DNA of 64,000 bases. Origin: an uncultured Chloroflexia bacterium. GTDB lineage: Bacteria; Chloroflexota; Limnocylindria; Limnocylindrales; CSP1-4. Below the pieces are notes generated by a model that was not told the origin of the DNA, searched no databases, and was given only the letters and a program-made list of their open reading frames with translations. Where the stretch lies: assembly GCA_963833225.1 (NCBI GenBank), contig CAWHXD010000008.1:544001-608000 (forward strand), given 5' to 3'. The position numbers and the translations under genes are program-made. Positions 61,040 to 64,000 of the stretch are shown here, piece after piece. Every line of letters begins with the position of its first letter. The first letter of the stretch is position 1.

Positions 61040-61241
61040 CGCCAACGCTCCTCTCGCCTGTCCATCGACTCCGGCCACCGCTCCGTGGTCGCGTTCCGTT
61101 CCGGTGCGGGGTCGCGTTCCGTTGCGGCGGGTCACGATCCGTTGCGTTGCGGTCTCGCGGTCCGTTCCGTTGCGGTCTCGCGGTCAGCTCCGGCGGGGCG
61201 CCACGTGCTCCGTTGCGGTTCTCGCGGTCAGCACCGGTTGG

Positions 61242-61255
61242 TGCAATCGATTACA
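61242..61255. promoter_or_regulatory. LacI-type operator upstream of iolD
   Basis: TGCAATCGATTACA (reverse complement of the 48805 site). Confidence 0.78.
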
Positions 61256-61387
61256 AGTCTACCTTGCCAGTGCGAGCGAGGACAACCCCAATGTTCTGAT
61301 GCGGAATGGTCAGGCGGCGGGCTCGCAGCACCAGCCGCGAGCTCGTGTGGCCGGCTGGGTGTGGCGTGCAGGCCGCCGGTGCTCGCC

Positions 61388-61670
61388 GTTGCCTCCCAGG
61401 CAACGAAACGCGCCGGAGCTGGCTCCGGACCCCCGACCATTGCCTCCCAGGCAGCGAAACCCGGCCGAGCTGGCTCCGGACCCTAGGACCGTTGCCTGCC
61501 AGGCAACAAGTCGGGCGTGAAGCGTCGGCCGGGGGCGGAATCGTTGCCTGCCAGGCAACAAGTCGGGAGTGAAGCGTCGGCCGGGGGCGGAATCGTTGCC
61601 TGCCAGGCAACAAGTCGGGAGTGAAGCGTCGGCCGGGGGCGGAATCGTTGCCTGCCAGGCAACAAGTCGG
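61388..61670. repeat. Array of six 17-bp palindromes at 51-52-bp period
   Basis: gttgcctSccaggcaac at 61388, 61439 (variant), 61491, 61543, 61595 and 61647. Confidence 0.9.
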
Positions 61671-61703
61671 AACCTTGACGCCGGGGCGAACGGGCGAGTA
61701 GGC

Positions 61704-61717
61704 TGCAATCGATTACG
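61704..61717. promoter_or_regulatory. LacI-type operator upstream of the lacI-family gene
   Basis: TGCAATCGATTACG; TTGACG...TAGGCT promoter-like hexamers lie immediately upstream. Confidence 0.75.
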
Positions 61718-61854
61718 TGTGCCCGTGTCGTGCCCATCGCGCGGGTCGTTCATCGGGAGGACCTTGGGATGCTGCCAGCTCGGGTCGCCGCGGGCCTGCC
61801 AGCTCGGGTCGCCGCGGGCCTGCTCGCCCGCTCCGGCGCCCGCGGGGTCCAGGA

Positions 61855-62889
61855 ATGACCGAGCGCGCGAGCCCCGCCACGATCCGCAACGTCGCGGACC
61901 GGGCGGGGGTGTCGACGGCCACCGTCAGCAGGGTGCTCGCGGGGATCGGCCACCCCAAGCCCGATACCGCGGCTGCCGTGATGCGCGCCGTGAAGGACCT
62001 GGGCTACCGGCCCTCCGGGGTCGCCCGATCGCTGCGAATGAAGCGCACGCGGACGCTGGGCCTGATCATCACGGACATCGAGAACCCGTTCTTCCCGGAG
62101 CTCGTGGTCGCCGCGGACTCCGCGGCCCGCAGCCGGGACTACTCGATCATCTTGGGCAGCGCCGCCTACGACGAGCATCGGGCGATGCACTATCTCGACC
62201 TCATGGTCGACCGCCGGGTGGATGGCCTGATCATCGCGTCGAGCCAGCTCTCGGACCAGAGCTGGGAATGGCTGGAAGGGTCCCCGGTCCCGGTGGTGGT
62301 CGCCAACGCGGAGCCCAGCGGGCTCGGCGTGCCGGTCATCACCAGCGACAACGTGGGCGGAATGCGGCTGGCCGTTGAGCACCTCGTCGGCCTCGGCCAT
62401 CGCAAGCTGGCGTACATCCGCGGCTACGAGGGGTTCACGGCCGACGCGCCGCGGTTCGAGGGGTTCCGGGCGGCCTGCGCCGATGCCGGGCTCGCCGCCT
62501 CGGACCTTGTGGAGATCCGGGGCGACGGCCAGTTCGAGGGTGGCGAGCACGCGATGGCGGAGCTGCTCGCCCAGGGCTCCTCCATCACCGGGGTCATCTG
62601 TCACAACGACGTGACGGCAATCGGCGCGATGCGGGCGATCCGCACCGCGGGCCTGAGCATTCCGCGGGACATCAGCGTCGTGGGCTGCGACGACATCGCG
62701 GCGGCGTCATGGGTCACCCCGGCCCTCACCACCGTCGCCCAGCAGAAGGCGGAGATGGGGCGGCTGGCGGTTGAGCAGCTGGCGGCGGCCCTCGACGATC
62801 CCCTCCAGCCCGGCGCGGCGGAGACCGTCCGGATCCCGATGCTCCTTCGCGTGCGCGAGTCCAGCGGCCCCGCGCGGACGGACGGGTAG
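61855..62889 (+). CDS. LacI family transcriptional regulator
   Basis: ATIRNVADRAGVSTATVSRVL, LGYRPSGVARSL, NPFF, NDVTAIG, ISVVGCDD, PALTTV. Confidence 0.95.
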   Translation: MTERASPATIRNVADRAGVSTATVSRVLAGIGHPKPDTAAAVMRAVKDLGYRPSGVARSLRMKRTRTLGLIITDIENPFFPELVVAADSAARSRDYSIILGSAAYDEHRAMHYLDLMVDRRVDGLIIASSQLSDQSWEWLEGSPVPVVVANAEPSGLGVPVITSDNVGGMRLAVEHLVGLGHRKLAYIRGYEGFTADAPRFEGFRAACADAGLAASDLVEIRGDGQFEGGEHAMAELLAQGSSITGVICHNDVTAIGAMRAIRTAGLSIPRDISVVGCDDIAAASWVTPALTTVAQQKAEMGRLAVEQLAAALDDPLQPGAAETVRIPMLLRVRESSGPARTDG

Positions 62890-62896
62890 CAGGGAC

Positions 62897-64000
62897 ATGG
62901 CCGAGCGGGTCCGGATCGGGGTCGTGGGCACCAGCTGGTGGGCGGACTCGATGTACCTGCCCGCGCTCACCCGACATCCGCTGGCGGACGTTCGCGCCGT
63001 CGTCGGCGGGCGCCCGGAACAGACGCGCGCCTTCGCCGAGCAGTGGGCCATTCCCAACACCTACCCGACGCTCGAGGCCATGCTCGACGGTGAGGCGCTG
63101 GACGCCGTCACGATCATGGCGCCCAACCTCCATCACCACCCGTACACCATGGCCGCGCTTGCTCGCGGGCTCCACGTGCTGTGCGAGAAGCCGCTTGGAA
63201 TGACCTCCGCCCAGGCGCGGGAGATGACCGAGACCGCCGAGCGGATGGGCGTGGTCAACATGTGCCCGTTCACCTACTCGTTCATGCCCTACGCCCGGTA
63301 CACGAAGGAGCTGGTCGACAGCGGCTACATCGGGCGTCCGTACCACCTCAACATGCGCTACTACGCGGACTACGGCCGCGATGGACGGTACATCTGGCGG
63401 TTCGATCTCGGTGAGGCCGGGGCGGGCGTGTCGGGGGACCTCGCGTCGCACTGGTCATACATCGCCCGCTGGCTGTTCGGCGAGGTTGCGGCAGTCACGG
63501 CGGTGTTCGGGCGGGTGGTGCCGCGGGCGCCGCGGCCCGATGGGGCGCCATTCGAGGCGGCCGAGGACTCGGCGATGATCCTGCTGGAGTTCGCATCCGG
63601 GGCCACCGGGAACCTCCATGTGTCCTCGGTGGCGTACGAGCCATCCCGGTTCGGGCAGCTCCATGCGTGGGAGCTGCACGGGTCCGAGGGGACGCTCCAC
63701 GTCACCTGCGACTGGGATGCCACGGAGCGCGTGGAGGGGGTGCGGATCGAGGGCGCCGAGGCGGACCGGACGGCCGAACGACCCCGGATCGCGGAGCTGC
63801 CGATCCCCGACCGCCTGTTCGATGGGCTGCGCCGGGACACGGTCCACAACACGTACAAGGACACGTTCCGCGAGCAGGACAACATGGCCCGCGGGTTCGT
63901 GACCGCGATCGCCGAAGGGGGCACGGCGGCGCCATCCTTCCGGGATGCCTGGGCGGTCCAGCGGATCGTGGATGCGGCCGGGCGATCGGCGCGCGAGGGG
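62897..64000 (+). CDS. Gfo/Idh/MocA oxidoreductase (3' truncated by window edge)
   Basis: MAERVRIGVVGTSWWA, HVLCEKPLG, GDLASHW; frame is open to the window end, so it is absent from the ORF track. Confidence 0.9.
   Translation, partial: MAERVRIGVVGTSWWADSMYLPALTRHPLADVRAVVGGRPEQTRAFAEQWAIPNTYPTLEAMLDGEALDAVTIMAPNLHHHPYTMAALARGLHVLCEKPLGMTSAQAREMTETAERMGVVNMCPFTYSFMPYARYTKELVDSGYIGRPYHLNMRYYADYGRDGRYIWRFDLGEAGAGVSGDLASHWSYIARWLFGEVAAVTAVFGRVVPRAPRPDGAPFEAAEDSAMILLEFASGATGNLHVSSVAYEPSRFGQLHAWELHGSEGTLHVTCDWDATERVEGVRIEGAEADRTAERPRIAELPIPDRLFDGLRRDTVHNTYKDTFREQDNMARGFVTAIAEGGTAAPSFRDAWAVQRIVDAAGRSAREG

Noticed and set aside
61075-61230. N-terminal extension of IolD (660-aa ORF) over ccgttgcgg repeats
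   Set aside because: Low-complexity leader repeats; the GAGGAG RBS and homology support a TTG start at 61039.
61388-61670. Possible CRISPR array
   Set aside because: The repeat is only 17-18 bp, spacers are duplicates of each other, and no cas genes are present; it is a tandem palindrome array.

Overview
High-GC bacterial chromosome segment; gene style suggests Chloroflexota/Limnocylindria or an actinobacterium (inference only). More than a dozen genes carry single-base frameshifts, typical of an unpolished long-read assembly. 1-13 kb: LLM oxidoreductase, SAM methyltransferase, RTX-repeat secreted protein and three ABC exporter systems with a MarR regulator. 13-42 kb: DNA-metabolism and defence-rich block with UvrD2-HRDC, an HTH + PD-(D/E)xK-like gene, RecQ-PRTase (RqlH-like), four toxin-antitoxin-type pairs, a lower-GC Mza-like restriction island (MORC/MutL ATPase, Z1, DUF4420, AIPR, Dcm, Vsr), a UvrD + Fe-S nuclease and a NERD helicase. 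43-64 kb: SIMPL, MetZ-like enzyme with Lrp, DMT transporter and a LacI-controlled inositol catabolic cluster. Two candidate undescribed systems stand out. (1) Three degenerate elements of exactly 119 bp with terminal inverted repeats: two flank the HTH-nuclease gene inside a 34-bp direct repeat and the third sits in frame inside the helicase-nuclease linker. Two unrelated TIR elements of 236 and 238 bp lie in other spacers. (2) A corrinoid protein + URO-D-like methyltransferase pair shares the TGTAATCGATTGCA operator with the iol genes, suggesting B12-dependent O-demethylation of methyl-inositols, and a split transketolase sits where iolB/C/J would normally be.
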